In this document: positions 9,672-19,844 of the stretch, one piece after another | Numbering within the stretch: position 1 is the first letter of the stretch | Layout of the letters: each line of letters starts with the position of its first letter | From: an uncultured Acidimicrobiia bacterium | GTDB lineage: Bacteria; Actinomycetota; Acidimicrobiia; Acidimicrobiales; Ilumatobacteraceae | Direction: 5' to 3' | Assembly (NCBI GenBank): GCA_963739975.1 | Contig: CAVUCK010000014.1 | Span: 77,128-141,127, forward strand | Length of the DNA stretch: 64,000 nt | The notes under the pieces: generated by a model | The model's input: only the letters and a program-made list of their open reading frames with translations | Databases searched by the model: none | Told to the model about the DNA's origin: nothing | Made by a program: the position numbers and the translations under genes

Positions 9672-11310
9672 GTGACCACCCCGCCAACCCGCACGAGCAG
9701 CCCGGCGTGGACCGCCCTCGCTCGCCACCACGCCGAGATCGGCGGCATGCACCTGCGCCAACTGTTCGCCGACGACCCCGACCGGGGCGAGCGGCTGACC
9801 GCCGAGGCAGTCAGGGCTGTACCTCGACTACTCGAAGAACCGGGTGACCGACGAGACCATGCGCCTGCTCGTCGACCTCGCCCGCGAGTGCGATCTCGAA
9901 GGCCATCGCGATGCGATGTTCCGCGGCGACAAGATCAACGTCTCCGAGCACCGTTCCGTGCTCCACGTCGCCCTGCGGATGCCCACGGGCACCTCACTCG
10001 TCGTGGAAGGCGTGGACGTCGTGGCCGAGGTCCACGAGGTGCTCGACCGCATGGCCGCCTTCGCTGACCGCATCCGCTCCGGCGACTGGACCGGCCACAC
10101 CGGCAAGCCGATCCGCAACATCGTCAACGTCGGGATCGGGGGCTCCGACCTCGGGCCGGTGATGGCCTACCGGGCCCTGCGCCACTACAGCCAGCGCGAT
10201 CTCACGTTCCGGTTCGTGTCCAACGTCGACGCCACCGACTTCGTCGAAGCGACCCACGACCTCTCCCCCGACGAGACGCTGTTCATCATCTCGTCGAAGA
10301 CGTTCGGCACGCTCGAGACGCTGACCAACGCCACCTCGGCGCGGGACTGGGTGACGGGCGCGCTGGGTGCCGACGAGGCCGTGGCCAAGCACTTCGTGGC
10401 CGTGTCGACCAACGCCGAGAAGGTCGCCGCCTTCGGCATCGACACCGCCAACATGTTCGGCTTCTGGGACTGGGTCGGCGGCCGGTACTCGATGGACTCG
10501 GCGATCGGGCTGTCGACGATGATCGCCATCGGGCCGGACCAGTTCACCGAGCTCCTGGCCGGCTTCCACGATCTCGACGAGCACTTCCGCACCGCTCCGC
10601 TCGAGCGGAACCTGCCCGTGCTCATGGGACTCCTCGCCGTCTGGTACGTCAACTTCTTCGGCGTCCAGACCATCGGGGTGATGCCCTACGACCAGTACCT
10701 CGAGCGCTTCCCCGCCTACCTCCAGCAGCTGACGATGGAGTCGAACGGCAAGCACGTGACGCTGAGCGGTGCCCACGTCGACTACGACACCGGCGCCGTC
10801 TATTGGGGCGAGCCGGGCACCAACGGGCAGCACAGCTTCTACCAACTGCTCCACCAGGGCACCCGGCTGATCCCCGTCGACCTCATCGGGTTCGGCCAGA
10901 GCCTCAACCCGCTGCGCGACCACCACGACATCCTCTCCTCGAACGTCTTCGCCCAGGCCCAGGCGCTGGCCTTCGGCAAGACCGCCGACGAGGTGCGCGC
11001 CGAGGGCACGCCGCCCGACGTCGTCCCGCACCGCGTGATGGAGGGCAACCGCCCGACCAACGTGCTGCTCGCCGAACGGCTGACGCCCCGCTTGCTCGGC
11101 ACGCTGGTCGCCCTCTACGAGCACAGCGTCTTCACCCAGGGCACGATCTGGGACATCGACTCCTTTGACCAGTGGGGCGTCGAGCTGGGCAAGGTGCTGG
11201 CGGTGCAGATCTTCCCCGAGCTGGAGAGCGAGGCCGAGCCGGAGCTCACCCACGACTCATCGACGAACGCCCTGATCCGGCGCTACCGCGCCCTCAAGCA
11301 CCGTGGGTGA
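9672..11310 (+). CDS. pgi: glucose-6-phosphate isomerase; apparent +1 frameshift at 9810-9816
   Basis: The N-terminus is in the frame of ORF 9672..10067 ([34 protein letters not shown]). The rest is in ORF 9844..11310, whose frame upstream of its M reads [15 protein letters not shown]. Downstream PGI motifs include GIGGSDLGP and [15 protein letters not shown]. Start-to-stop length is 1639 nt (3n+1). Confidence 0.88.
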
Positions 11311-11953
11311 TGTCCCGGCGCTCGACGGTGTCGCGGCGACCGATGAGCACGGTGCTGACCATGTCGGCCGGGAACAGCCCGTGGCCGACCACGCCTGGCG
11401 TCGCCGCCAGGCGGGCGGCGAGGGCGGCAGGATCGGGCACCGGACCGCCGTAGTCGGCGATCACGCCACCGTCGGGGCTGCGCGGCACGTCTCGCGGGGC
11501 GGTCGGGTGCAGGTGGGCCAACGTGGCGGCCAGCCCGAACTCGAGCAGCTCGACCGGGATCGGCGGGTGCAGCGCGTCGACCGTCTTGGTCGAGTCGGCG
11601 ATGACCACGAACTGACGAGCGGCGGCGGCGACGATCTTCTCGCGGGTGTGCGCTGCGCCGCCACCCTTGACGAGCCACCCGTCCGGCGCGACCTGGTCGG
11701 CGCCGTCGATGGCGATGTCGAGCAGCTCGACCGTGGCGAAGTCGACGACGACGAGGCCGAGCCGGCGGGCCCCCTGCTCCGTGCTCGGCGATGCGGCCAC
11801 GCACGTGATCGCCAGCCCACGTGCCGCCAACGCCGGCAGCAGGTGGTCGACCGTCGTGCCGCTGCCGAGCCCCACGACCATGCCGTCCTCGACGAGTTCC
11901 GCCGCGGCACGCGCGGCGACCTGCTTCTCCTGCTCGACGTCCATTGGCGCCAC
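11294..11953 (-). CDS. rpiA: ribose-5-phosphate isomerase A
   Basis: ORF 11294..11953 with motifs GLGSGTT, DGADQV and [11 protein letters not shown]. It is convergent with pgi and overlaps its 3' end by 17 nt. An alternative ATG start lies at 11944. Confidence 0.88.
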   Translation of the reverse strand: MAPMDVEQEKQVAARAAAELVEDGMVVGLGSGTTVDHLLPALAARGLAITCVAASPSTEQGARRLGLVVVDFATVELLDIAIDGADQVAPDGWLVKGGGAAHTREKIVAAAARQFVVIADSTKTVDALHPPIPVELLEFGLAATLAHLHPTAPRDVPRSPDGGVIADYGGPVPDPAALAARLAATPGVVGHGLFPADMVSTVLIGRRDTVERRDITHGA

Positions 11954-11979
11954 ATCGAACCAGGTTGGAGCCGGCGCCG

Positions 11980-13437
11980 ATGAACACCGCCGGATCCACG
12001 GGTCTTCCGGTCCCCGACGACCACGTCATCGTCATCTTCGGAGCCACCGGCGACCTCGCCAAGCGCAAGCTCCTGCCGGGCCTGTTCCACCTCGCCTCGG
12101 CCGGCCTGATGCCGGTGCGGTACCGCATCGTCGGGTCGGCGCCGGCGCAGTTCGCGCTCACCGACGACCAGTTCCGCCAGCACGCCCGCGACGCCGTTGC
12201 GGAGTTCGGGCTCGCCCCGCCGACCGGCGACGCTTGGACGGCGTTCGAGTCGACCCTCCACTTCGGCGCCGCCGATCCCGCCGACCCCGACCCCCTGGTC
12301 GCCGCCGTCCACGCCGCCGAGGCGGCGATCGGCGGCCACCCCCGCCGGCTGTTCCACCTCGCCGTCCCGCCATCGGCGTCGGCGAGCGTCGTCGCCATGC
12401 TCGGCGCCACCGGGCTGGCCGCCGGCGGCCGGGTGATCGCCGAGAAGCCGTTCGGCACCGACCTCGCCTCGGCGCAAGCGCTCAACGCGGCGTTCCACGC
12501 CGTGTTCGACGAGTCGCAGATCTTCCGCATCGACCACTTCCTCGGCAAGGAGTCCGTCGACAACCTGCTGGCACTGCGCTTCGCCAACGGGCTGTTCGAG
12601 CCGATCTGGAACCGCGATCACATCGCCTACGTGCAGATCGACGTCCCCGAGGCGATCGGCATCGAGGGCCGGGCGGCGTTCTTCGAAGCCACCGGGACGT
12701 TCAAGGACATGGTCGTCACCCACCTGTTCCAGGTCCTCGGGTTCGTCGCCATGGAGCCACCAACTTCGCTCACGGCGAAGCCGCTGCGGGACGAGAAGGG
12801 CAAGGTGTTCGAGGCGCTCCGTCCGCTCGACGTCGCCCACGTCGTGCGCGGCCAGTACGACGGCTACCTCGACGAGCCCGGGGTCGACCCGGCATCGTCG
12901 ACCGAGACGTTCGTCGCCCTGCGCGTCGAGGTGGACAACTGGCGCTGGAGCGGCGTCCCGTTCTTCCTGCGCACGGGCAAGGCGATGGCCGAACGCCGCC
13001 AGACCGTGACGCTGGTGTTCCGCCGGCCCGCGGTGCAGATGTTCCGCGCCGCCGCGGCGGACGCCCACCGCCGCCGCGCCAACCAGTTGATGGTCGACTT
13101 CGACGACCCCGGCTGGATCAACGCCCGACTGCTGGCCAAGGTCCCCGGCCCGACGATGCGCCTCGGCGAGGTCGACATGACGTTTCGCTACGGCGACTCC
13201 TTCGCCGGTGAAGAGGGCCTGGAGGGCTACGAGCGGCTGATCCTCGACGCCATGCACGGGGACCAGTCGTTGTTCACGCGCGCTGACGGCATCGAGCGGC
13301 TGTGGGAGGTCTCGACGCCGCTGCTCGACGCCCCGCCGCCGGTGCAGCCCTACGCCAAGGGCTCATGGGGGCCGGACTCCGTCCGCCACCTCATCGCCCC
13401 GCACCACTGGTCGCTCCCGCTCGACCCGCCCGCATGA
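11980..13437 (+). CDS. zwf: glucose-6-phosphate 1-dehydrogenase
   Basis: ORF 11821..13437 trimmed to ATG 11980 (MNTAGSTG). NADP site FGATGDLAKRKL and active-site motif RIDHFLGKE are present. Confidence 0.92.
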   Translation: MNTAGSTGLPVPDDHVIVIFGATGDLAKRKLLPGLFHLASAGLMPVRYRIVGSAPAQFALTDDQFRQHARDAVAEFGLAPPTGDAWTAFESTLHFGAADPADPDPLVAAVHAAEAAIGGHPRRLFHLAVPPSASASVVAMLGATGLAAGGRVIAEKPFGTDLASAQALNAAFHAVFDESQIFRIDHFLGKESVDNLLALRFANGLFEPIWNRDHIAYVQIDVPEAIGIEGRAAFFEATGTFKDMVVTHLFQVLGFVAMEPPTSLTAKPLRDEKGKVFEALRPLDVAHVVRGQYDGYLDEPGVDPASSTETFVALRVEVDNWRWSGVPFFLRTGKAMAERRQTVTLVFRRPAVQMFRAAAADAHRRRANQLMVDFDDPGWINARLLAKVPGPTMRLGEVDMTFRYGDSFAGEEGLEGYERLILDAMHGDQSLFTRADGIERLWEVSTPLLDAPPPVQPYAKGSWGPDSVRHLIAPHHWSLPLDPPA

Positions 13438-13459
13438 GGGCCACCGGGCGGGCTCGGCG

Positions 13460-13696
13460 TCACGTGGCGTCGAGGTGCAGCCGCGCTCCGTCGGGCAACC
13501 CGCTGCGGGCGCTGCCCACGGCGTCGAGCACCTCGTCGGCATCGCCCTCGACGACCAGCTCGAGGCTGACGCCGGCGTCAGTGGTGCGCGGCGGCTGCGA
13601 CGACGTCAGGTCGATGCCGGGCGCGTCCGCCAGCGCCGTGGCGATGCCCATCGCCAGCTCCCTCGGCCCCTCGTATCGGACGCGATAGGCCGGCAC
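13460..13696 (-). CDS. hypothetical small acidic protein (78 aa)
   Basis: ORF 13460..13696. Its composition is balanced (not Arg/Pro-rich like the overlapping shadow ORFs), but I recognise no motif. Confidence 0.3.
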   Translation of the reverse strand: MPAYRVRYEGPRELAMGIATALADAPGIDLTSSQPPRTTDAGVSLELVVEGDADEVLDAVGSARSGLPDGARLHLDAT

Positions 13697-13738
13697 GCCC
13701 GGGCAACCTAATCGTGTCCTGGCGAGCCGAGGTGACGG

Positions 13739-14578
13739 ATGACCGAGCGCTGTTCACGCGCCGCTCATCCTCGCGTCGACGGATCGACACGGTTGCCCCC
13801 TACCTTCGAAGGCGTGACGACTGCAGCACCGACCCGCGGCCTCGAGCTGGCTGGCGTCTTCAACTTCCGTGATCTCGGCGGCTACCCGACCCAGGACGGA
13901 CGGACCGTGCGGTGGCGCACCATCTTCCGCGCCGATGGGCTGGGCCGCCTGACGGTCGAGGACCTCGACGTGCTCCGACCGATCGGCCTGCGCACCGTCG
14001 TCGACCTGCGCACCAAGCGCGAGATCGACGAGCGAGGCCGCTTTCCCCACGAGGACTACCCGGTCGCCTTCCACCACCTGTCGGTGATCGATCAGACGTG
14101 GGATCGCGAAGCGGCGATTCGCGAGAACCTGCCGCCGACCGAGTTCCTCCACCGCACGTACCGCGAGATGCTCGTCGACGGTGCGCCCCGCTTCGCCGCC
14201 GCGTTCGATGTGCTGGCCGACCCGAACGCCCTCCCGGCCGTGTTCCACTGCGCCGCCGGCAAGGACCGCACCGGTCTGCTCGCCGCCCTGCTGCTCGGCG
14301 CCCTCGGCGTCGGTCACGACGATGTCGTCGAGGACTACGCACTGACGCAGGACACGATGGACGCCTTCCTCGCCACGACTGCGGCGCAGGACGAGGAGAT
14401 CGCCCGGCGGATCGAGTCGACGCCGCGTTCGTTCTTCACCGCCGACCCGGCGGCGATGTCGCTCGTGCTGACCGACCTCGAGCGCGACCACGGCTCCGTG
14501 CGCGACTTCGTCCGCCACCTCGGCGTCGCCGACTCGACGTTGACCACCCTCGACGACCTCCTCCTCACCACCGACTGA
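13739..14578 (+). CDS. protein-tyrosine phosphatase (Y_phosphatase3-like)
   Basis: ORF 13739..14578. Contains NFRDLGG and the CX5R P-loop HCAAGKDRTG. An alternative GTG start lies at about 13814. Confidence 0.75.
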   Translation: MTERCSRAAHPRVDGSTRLPPTFEGVTTAAPTRGLELAGVFNFRDLGGYPTQDGRTVRWRTIFRADGLGRLTVEDLDVLRPIGLRTVVDLRTKREIDERGRFPHEDYPVAFHHLSVIDQTWDREAAIRENLPPTEFLHRTYREMLVDGAPRFAAAFDVLADPNALPAVFHCAAGKDRTGLLAALLLGALGVGHDDVVEDYALTQDTMDAFLATTAAQDEEIARRIESTPRSFFTADPAAMSLVLTDLERDHGSVRDFVRHLGVADSTLTTLDDLLLTTD

Positions 14579-14582
14579 CCCA

Positions 14583-16622
14583 TCAGAGGTCCTTCAGGAG
14601 GCGGAGGGCGTCGTAGACGGCGGCGTGGATGTTGCGGCTGGCCACCGCGTCGCCGATGCGGAACAGCTGGAACCCGCCGTCCGGGTTGCTGACGATGGAC
14701 TGCGGGCGTCCGGCCAGCAGTGCGGCGTGGTCGACCTCGCCCCGGTTCGACGACGCCGGCTTGAGCTCGAAGTACAGGTCGGCCGACGCCGCCGTGCCGT
14801 GGTCGGCGACGACGTAGTCGACGTGGCGCACGGCGCGGTGGGCGCTGTGGTCGCTGCCGATCTCCGCGCACAGGCGACCCGCTTCGGGACGCACGGCCAG
14901 CACGCGCTGGTTCAGCGTCACTCGTGTGTCGGTCTCGTTGAACGCCCGGGCGTACGGCACGTGGTTCATGCCGCCGACGTCGATCGCCAGCATCCGTTCC
15001 GGCGTGACGATCTCCAGCCGCGCCCCCGAGCGGGCGATCGCCTCGGCCGCCGACATCGCCGAGTGGGTGCCGTTGTCGTCGTAGAACAGCACGTCGCCGG
15101 TCGGCGTGACGTCACCCCCGAGCACGTCCCAGCTCGACACCATGCGCTCGGTGCCGTCCTCCAGCTCGGGCAGCTGCGGCAGACCGCCGGTCGCCACGAT
15201 CACCACGTCCGGATCGAGCGCCAGGACGTCGTCACCCTCGGCGATGACGTCGAACCGCACGTCGACGCCGAGCCGCGCCAGCTCGTGCTCGCGCCACTCC
15301 ACGATGCCGAGCAGGTCGCGCCGCCGCGGGTTGCGCGCCGCCAGCCGCACCTGGCCACCGGCCCACGGCATCGCCTCCAGCAGCGTCACGTCGTGGCCCC
15401 GCTCGCCCGCCACTCGAGCCGCCTCCAGGCCACCGGGGCCGGCGCCGACGACGACCACCCGGCGCGGCGCCGCCGCCGGCGGGATCTCGTGCGGCATCGT
15501 CTCCTCGCGGCTCGTCGCCGCGTTGTGGATGCACAACGCCTCGCCGGACTCGTAGATCCGGTCGAGGCAGTACGTCGCCCCGACGCAGGGGCGGATGCGG
15601 TCCTCCTGACCGAGCTCGATCTTCCGCACCACGTGCGGGTCGGCGAGATGGGCCCGGGTCATCCCGACCAGGTCGACCTTGCCCTCGCGGATGGCGTGGC
15701 GGGCCGTGGCGACGTCGTCGACCTTTGACGCGTGGAGCACCGGCAGCGCCGTCGCCTCACGCACGCGGCCGGCGAAGTCGAGGTGCGGGGCCGATGGCAT
15801 CCCGTGGATCGGGATGACCTCCTCCAGCCCGGGCTCGTCGGCGATGTAGCCGCGGATGACGTTGACGAAGTCGACCAGCCCGTCGGCCTCAAGCCGACCG
15901 AGCAGCTCGAGCCCGGCCTCGGCGTCGATGCCGCCCGGCACGGTCTCGTCGACCGCCATGCGGATGCCGACCACGAAGTCGGGACCGGTGCGCTGGCGGA
16001 TCGCCCGCAGCACCCGCCAACCGAACCGCCGCCGGTTCTCCGGCGAGCCGCCGTACTCGTCCGTGCGCTGGTTGGTGAGGGGCGACCAGAACTGGTCGAA
16101 CAGGTGGCCGTACGACTCGATCTCGATGCCGTCCATGCCGCCTGCCCGCATCCGCTCGGCGGCATCGGCGTACTTGCCGACGATGCGGTCGATGTCCCAG
16201 TCCTCGGCCTCCTTGGGGATCGCCCGGTGGGCCGGCTCACGGCGCGGCGACGGAGCGAGGACCGGCAGCCAGTCGTCCTGGCCCCAGCTGGTGCGCCGCC
16301 CGAGGTGGGTCAACTGAATCATGCACGCCGCGCCGTGCTCGTGAACCTCGTCGGTCATCCGCCGGATCCACGGGACGATGGCGTCGTCGTAGGCGTGCAG
16401 GTTGCCGAACGCCGGCGGGCTGTCCTCGGCGACCACCGCCGACCCAGCGGTCATCGTCATGCCGATGCCGCCCTTGGCCTTTTCGACGTGGTACTTCCGA
16501 TAGCGGTCCTTTGGCATGCCGTCCTCGGAGTACGCCGGCTCGTGCGACGACGAGAACACCCGGTTGCGCAGGTGGACGCCTCTCAGGTCGAAGGGCTGCA
16601 GCAGCGGGTCGTCGGACGGCAT
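14583..16622 (-). CDS. FMN (OYE-type) + FAD/NAD(P)-binding oxidoreductase, StcD/2,4-dienoyl-CoA-reductase-like
   Basis: ORF 14583..16622 (679 aa). The N-terminal Oxidored_FMN barrel begins LLQPFDLRGVHLRNRVFSSSH. It is followed by the dinucleotide fold VVVVGAGPGGLEAARVAGERGHDVTLLE. Confidence 0.8.
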   Translation of the reverse strand: MPSDDPLLQPFDLRGVHLRNRVFSSSHEPAYSEDGMPKDRYRKYHVEKAKGGIGMTMTAGSAVVAEDSPPAFGNLHAYDDAIVPWIRRMTDEVHEHGAACMIQLTHLGRRTSWGQDDWLPVLAPSPRREPAHRAIPKEAEDWDIDRIVGKYADAAERMRAGGMDGIEIESYGHLFDQFWSPLTNQRTDEYGGSPENRRRFGWRVLRAIRQRTGPDFVVGIRMAVDETVPGGIDAEAGLELLGRLEADGLVDFVNVIRGYIADEPGLEEVIPIHGMPSAPHLDFAGRVREATALPVLHASKVDDVATARHAIREGKVDLVGMTRAHLADPHVVRKIELGQEDRIRPCVGATYCLDRIYESGEALCIHNAATSREETMPHEIPPAAAPRRVVVVGAGPGGLEAARVAGERGHDVTLLEAMPWAGGQVRLAARNPRRRDLLGIVEWREHELARLGVDVRFDVIAEGDDVLALDPDVVIVATGGLPQLPELEDGTERMVSSWDVLGGDVTPTGDVLFYDDNGTHSAMSAAEAIARSGARLEIVTPERMLAIDVGGMNHVPYARAFNETDTRVTLNQRVLAVRPEAGRLCAEIGSDHSAHRAVRHVDYVVADHGTAASADLYFELKPASSNRGEVDHAALLAGRPQSIVSNPDGGFQLFRIGDAVASRNIHAAVYDALRLLKDL

Positions 16623-16739
16623 CGATCACAGCCTCTCAGCTCAAGAACCGTTTGGCCCACGCCGCAGTGAGCATGCCAGCCCAGGCCGGCCTTGCCCGGC
16701 CCAGGCCGAGGAGCGGAGTCTTCGGAGCGAGCGAGGCCA

Positions 16740-17747
16740 TCAGTTCAGCAGCTGCTGCAAGCGCATCAGCGGGTGGCGGGTGACCACGGCCAGGGGGCTC
16801 TGGTCGGCGGCCCGGTCGGCGGCCAGCGCGGCCTCGACCTGCGGCAGGTCGCCGGCGTCGTCGCGACCGTCGACGGCCGACCGGACGGCGGCAGCCAGCG
16901 GCGTGGCGACCGCCAGGAGCACGGCTCGACGGTGCTCGAGGGCGTCGCCGTACCCGCGGCGAGCAAGGTCGAGGAGGTCGGCGGAGAAGGCGTGGACGTG
17001 GATGGCCATCACGTCGGCGAGCTCGATCCGCTCGTGCTGGGCGCGCAGCGCCGGGATCAGCCGCCGTTGCAGCGGGTTCCAGCGCGCCGACCGCTGCGCC
17101 TGCTCGTCGTCACGGCGCAGCGCCCGCACCGTCTCCACGAGGCCGCCAGCCTCGTCACCCGCTCCTGGCGCTCCGGCCGCCGAGATCAACACGTCGTGCA
17201 GCTCCTCGCCGAGCCGCTCGAGCCGCCGCTCGATCAGGCGCACCGGGTTCGGGGGGAAGAGCAGCGGCGCCAACACGACCGAGACGACGACGCCGACGCC
17301 GGTCTCCCACAGGCGCCGCCACGCGAACCCGCCGGCGGGGGACCCGACGGTGAACACGATGAAGGCCGACACGGCGACCTGCACGTTGAGCACGTCGCCG
17401 ACGCGCAGCACCATCCCGACGAGGAGCGCAATCGTGAGCATGGCGATGCCGGCGCCGATGCCCTCCGGCAGGAGATCGAGCACGGCGACACCGATCAGCA
17501 CGCCGGCGACCACCCCGACGAGCCGGCCCACCGAGCCGTTGAGCGCGGCGAAGGGGTCCTGGCGCATCACCAGCAGCGGGACGAGCACGGCGTAGACGGG
17601 CGGCTCGGGCGCGCCGAGCCAGTCGGCGATCAGCCACGTGACCGTCGCGGCGACGATGATGCGGGCGACCTGGGGCAGCTCGCGCGGAGCGGCACGGACG
17701 ATCGAGTGCGCCAGTCGGGCCGCGGCGTCGCCGGCGGAGGTCGCCAC
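16740..17747 (-). CDS. FUSC / aromatic-acid-exporter-like membrane protein
   Basis: Tail of ORF 16740..17942. Four to five TM helices (IIVAATVTWLIADWLG, VGVVAGVLIGVAVLDLL, VGVVVSVVLAPLLF) precede a long helical cytoplasmic tail. The start at GTG 17747 is uncertain. Confidence 0.5.
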   Translation of the reverse strand: MATSAGDAAARLAHSIVRAAPRELPQVARIIVAATVTWLIADWLGAPEPPVYAVLVPLLVMRQDPFAALNGSVGRLVGVVAGVLIGVAVLDLLPEGIGAGIAMLTIALLVGMVLRVGDVLNVQVAVSAFIVFTVGSPAGGFAWRRLWETGVGVVVSVVLAPLLFPPNPVRLIERRLERLGEELHDVLISAAGAPGAGDEAGGLVETVRALRRDDEQAQRSARWNPLQRRLIPALRAQHERIELADVMAIHVHAFSADLLDLARRGYGDALEHRRAVLLAVATPLAAAVRSAVDGRDDAGDLPQVEAALAADRAADQSPLAVVTRHPLMRLQQLLN

Positions 17748-17757
17748 GATCGGACGA

Positions 17758-19752
17758 TCAGATGGCCCGCGCCATCGCTCGTGCTTCGTAGATGGCGTGC
17801 ACGGCGAGGCGGGCAGCGACGGCATCGCCGACGAGGTGGTGGCGGATCCCTCTCGCTTCGAGACCTCGGGCGAGGGCGTCGTCGGGCCGGTTGGTCGTAG
17901 CGAGGACCAGGCTGTCGGCCTCGATCGTCGTAGTGCGGCCACCGAGCAGCCGCACCTCTGCGGCGGCGCCCGTCCATGCGGTGACGGCGGCCTCGGTGTG
18001 CCACGTCACGCCCCGTACGGCCAGGTTGGCGCGCAGCCGACCGTCCCCGGCCGTGCGCTGGATCGTCGCCCCGACCATCGGGTGGCCGGTCACGATGGCG
18101 ACGTCGTGGCCATGCTCGGCGAGGTGCAGGGCCGTGCCACCACCGCGCCAGTCGCCGACGTCGTCGAGGACCACGACGCGCCGACCGACGTCGGCCCGCC
18201 CGTCGAGCACGTCCTCGACGGGGAACACGTTCGATGCGTCGACGCCGGGGAGCGCGTCCACACCGGCCAACCGACGCTGGAAGCCGGTGCCGGACGGTCT
18301 GGAGCCCGTGGCCACCACGACGTGGTCGGCGGCGATCCCGGCGACGGCGTCGGCATCGAGTCGAGTTGCCAACCGAACGTCGACGCCGAGCTGCGCGAGC
18401 TGGCGTTCGTACCAGACCAGCAGGTCGAGGATCTGGCCCCGCTGCGGCTGCTGGCCGGCGAGGCGGAAGGCACCGCCGAGCCGATCGGTCGCCTCGACGA
18501 GCGTGACGGCGTGTCCGCGCTCGGCGGCCACCCGGGCCGCCTCGAGCCCGCCCGGACCGCCGCCGACGACCAGCACTCGCGCCGGGTCAGCGGCAGCCGT
18601 GAACCGGTCGCCACCCCACTCGTCCTCCCGACCGACCGACGGGTTGACGAGGCACGAGATCCAGTAGTCGCGCGACCGCCGCCCCCAGCACATCTGGTTG
18701 CAGGAGATGCACGTCCGCACGTCCTGCGGCCGCCCGGCCCGGGCCTTCGCCACGAGGTGGGGGTCGGCGATCTGGCCGCGCACGATCGACACGAGGTCGG
18801 CGGCGCCCGACGCCAACGCGGCCTCGGCGTTGGCCGCCGTGCGGACGTGGCTCTCGGCCTGGACCCTGGCGTGGCGCACGACCTTGGACAGCGCGGCGGC
18901 CGTCTCGACGCCGAGGTTCGCTGCCGCCTGGTGGGTCGGGATGATGTCGGCGAAGTCGACGTAGCTGCCCGTGCCGCAGGTGACGTAGTCCATCAGCCCG
19001 CGCTCGTCGTGCCAGGCGACGATCTCGCACAGCTCGTCCCGGCTCGGCAGGACGTCCGTCGACGGATCGTCGCTGACGGCCAGCCCGATCACGAAGTCGT
19101 CGCCGACAGCGGCACGGATGCGTTCGAGGATCGTCGCCGAGCAGCGCATCCGGTCCTCGAACGATCCGCCCCACCGGTCGGAGCGGCGGTTCGACCACGG
19201 CGACCAGAACTGGTCGACGAAGGCGTGGTAGGCGGCGAAGATCTCGACGCCGTCGAAGCCGGCGCGCCGGGCACGGGTGGCGGCGTCGACGAAGCCGTCG
19301 ATCACCTCCTCGATCTCGCCGTCCGATGCAGCGTGGCTGCCCTCGGCGTCGTGGAACGACGGCAGCCCGGACGGCGACCACGACGGCCGGAACGAGTTGT
19401 CGAAGTCGCCGTGCTGGCCGACGTGGTACAGCTGCTGGATCGTCGCCGCGCCCTCGGCGTGGCAGGCGTCGGTGATCGCCCGGAACCCGGGGATCACGGC
19501 GTCGTCGCCGGCGAGGAAGTTGCCACGCGTCAGCACCGCGGTCGGGTGGACCGGGACCGGTTCGACGACGATCATCGCCGCACCCCCGAGCGCTCGCTCG
19601 CGGTAGTAGGCCAGGTGTTGCCGGCCGGGAAGCCCCAGCTCGGCCATGTTCGTCGTGTGCGCGCCGAACACGATCCGGTTGCGCAACGTGACGTGGCGCA
19701 GCGTCAGCGGCTGGAAGACGTGCGGAAGCGGCTCTTCGACGGCGGCAGTCAT
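17758..19752 (-). CDS. FMN (OYE-type) + 4Fe-4S + FAD/NAD(P)-binding oxidoreductase (second paralogue)
   Basis: ORF 17758..19806 trimmed to ATG 19752 (MTAAVEEPLPHVFQPLTLRHVTLRNRIVFGAH). Cys cluster CISCNQMC...C and dinucleotide fold VLVVGGGPGGLEAARVAAERGHAVTLVE are present. Confidence 0.8.
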   Translation of the reverse strand: MTAAVEEPLPHVFQPLTLRHVTLRNRIVFGAHTTNMAELGLPGRQHLAYYRERALGGAAMIVVEPVPVHPTAVLTRGNFLAGDDAVIPGFRAITDACHAEGAATIQQLYHVGQHGDFDNSFRPSWSPSGLPSFHDAEGSHAASDGEIEEVIDGFVDAATRARRAGFDGVEIFAAYHAFVDQFWSPWSNRRSDRWGGSFEDRMRCSATILERIRAAVGDDFVIGLAVSDDPSTDVLPSRDELCEIVAWHDERGLMDYVTCGTGSYVDFADIIPTHQAAANLGVETAAALSKVVRHARVQAESHVRTAANAEAALASGAADLVSIVRGQIADPHLVAKARAGRPQDVRTCISCNQMCWGRRSRDYWISCLVNPSVGREDEWGGDRFTAAADPARVLVVGGGPGGLEAARVAAERGHAVTLVEATDRLGGAFRLAGQQPQRGQILDLLVWYERQLAQLGVDVRLATRLDADAVAGIAADHVVVATGSRPSGTGFQRRLAGVDALPGVDASNVFPVEDVLDGRADVGRRVVVLDDVGDWRGGGTALHLAEHGHDVAIVTGHPMVGATIQRTAGDGRLRANLAVRGVTWHTEAAVTAWTGAAAEVRLLGGRTTTIEADSLVLATTNRPDDALARGLEARGIRHHLVGDAVAARLAVHAIYEARAMARAI

Positions 19753-19824
19753 TGGTCCAGCTCGCCGATGCGAGCGAACGAGCGCCAGCGAGCGAGCGGC
19801 CACCAACTGCGCAGGCTGCAGGTG

Positions 19825-19844
19825 GCGTGGCCGGGGAACGCAGT
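19825..19844. repeat. third copy of a 20-nt motif, GCGTGGCCGGGGAACGCAGT
   Basis: Identical to 1342-1361, and to 1392-1409 up to the last 2 nt. Here it lies between the Rieske oxygenase stop (19844-19846) and the start of the downstream oxidoreductase. Confidence 0.6.

Noticed and set aside
13438-13738. Expected opcA/pgl genes after zwf, as in many actinobacterial zwf operons
   Set aside because: The only ORF with sensible composition here is a 78-aa gene on the opposite strand. Nothing resembles OpcA or 6-phosphogluconolactonase.
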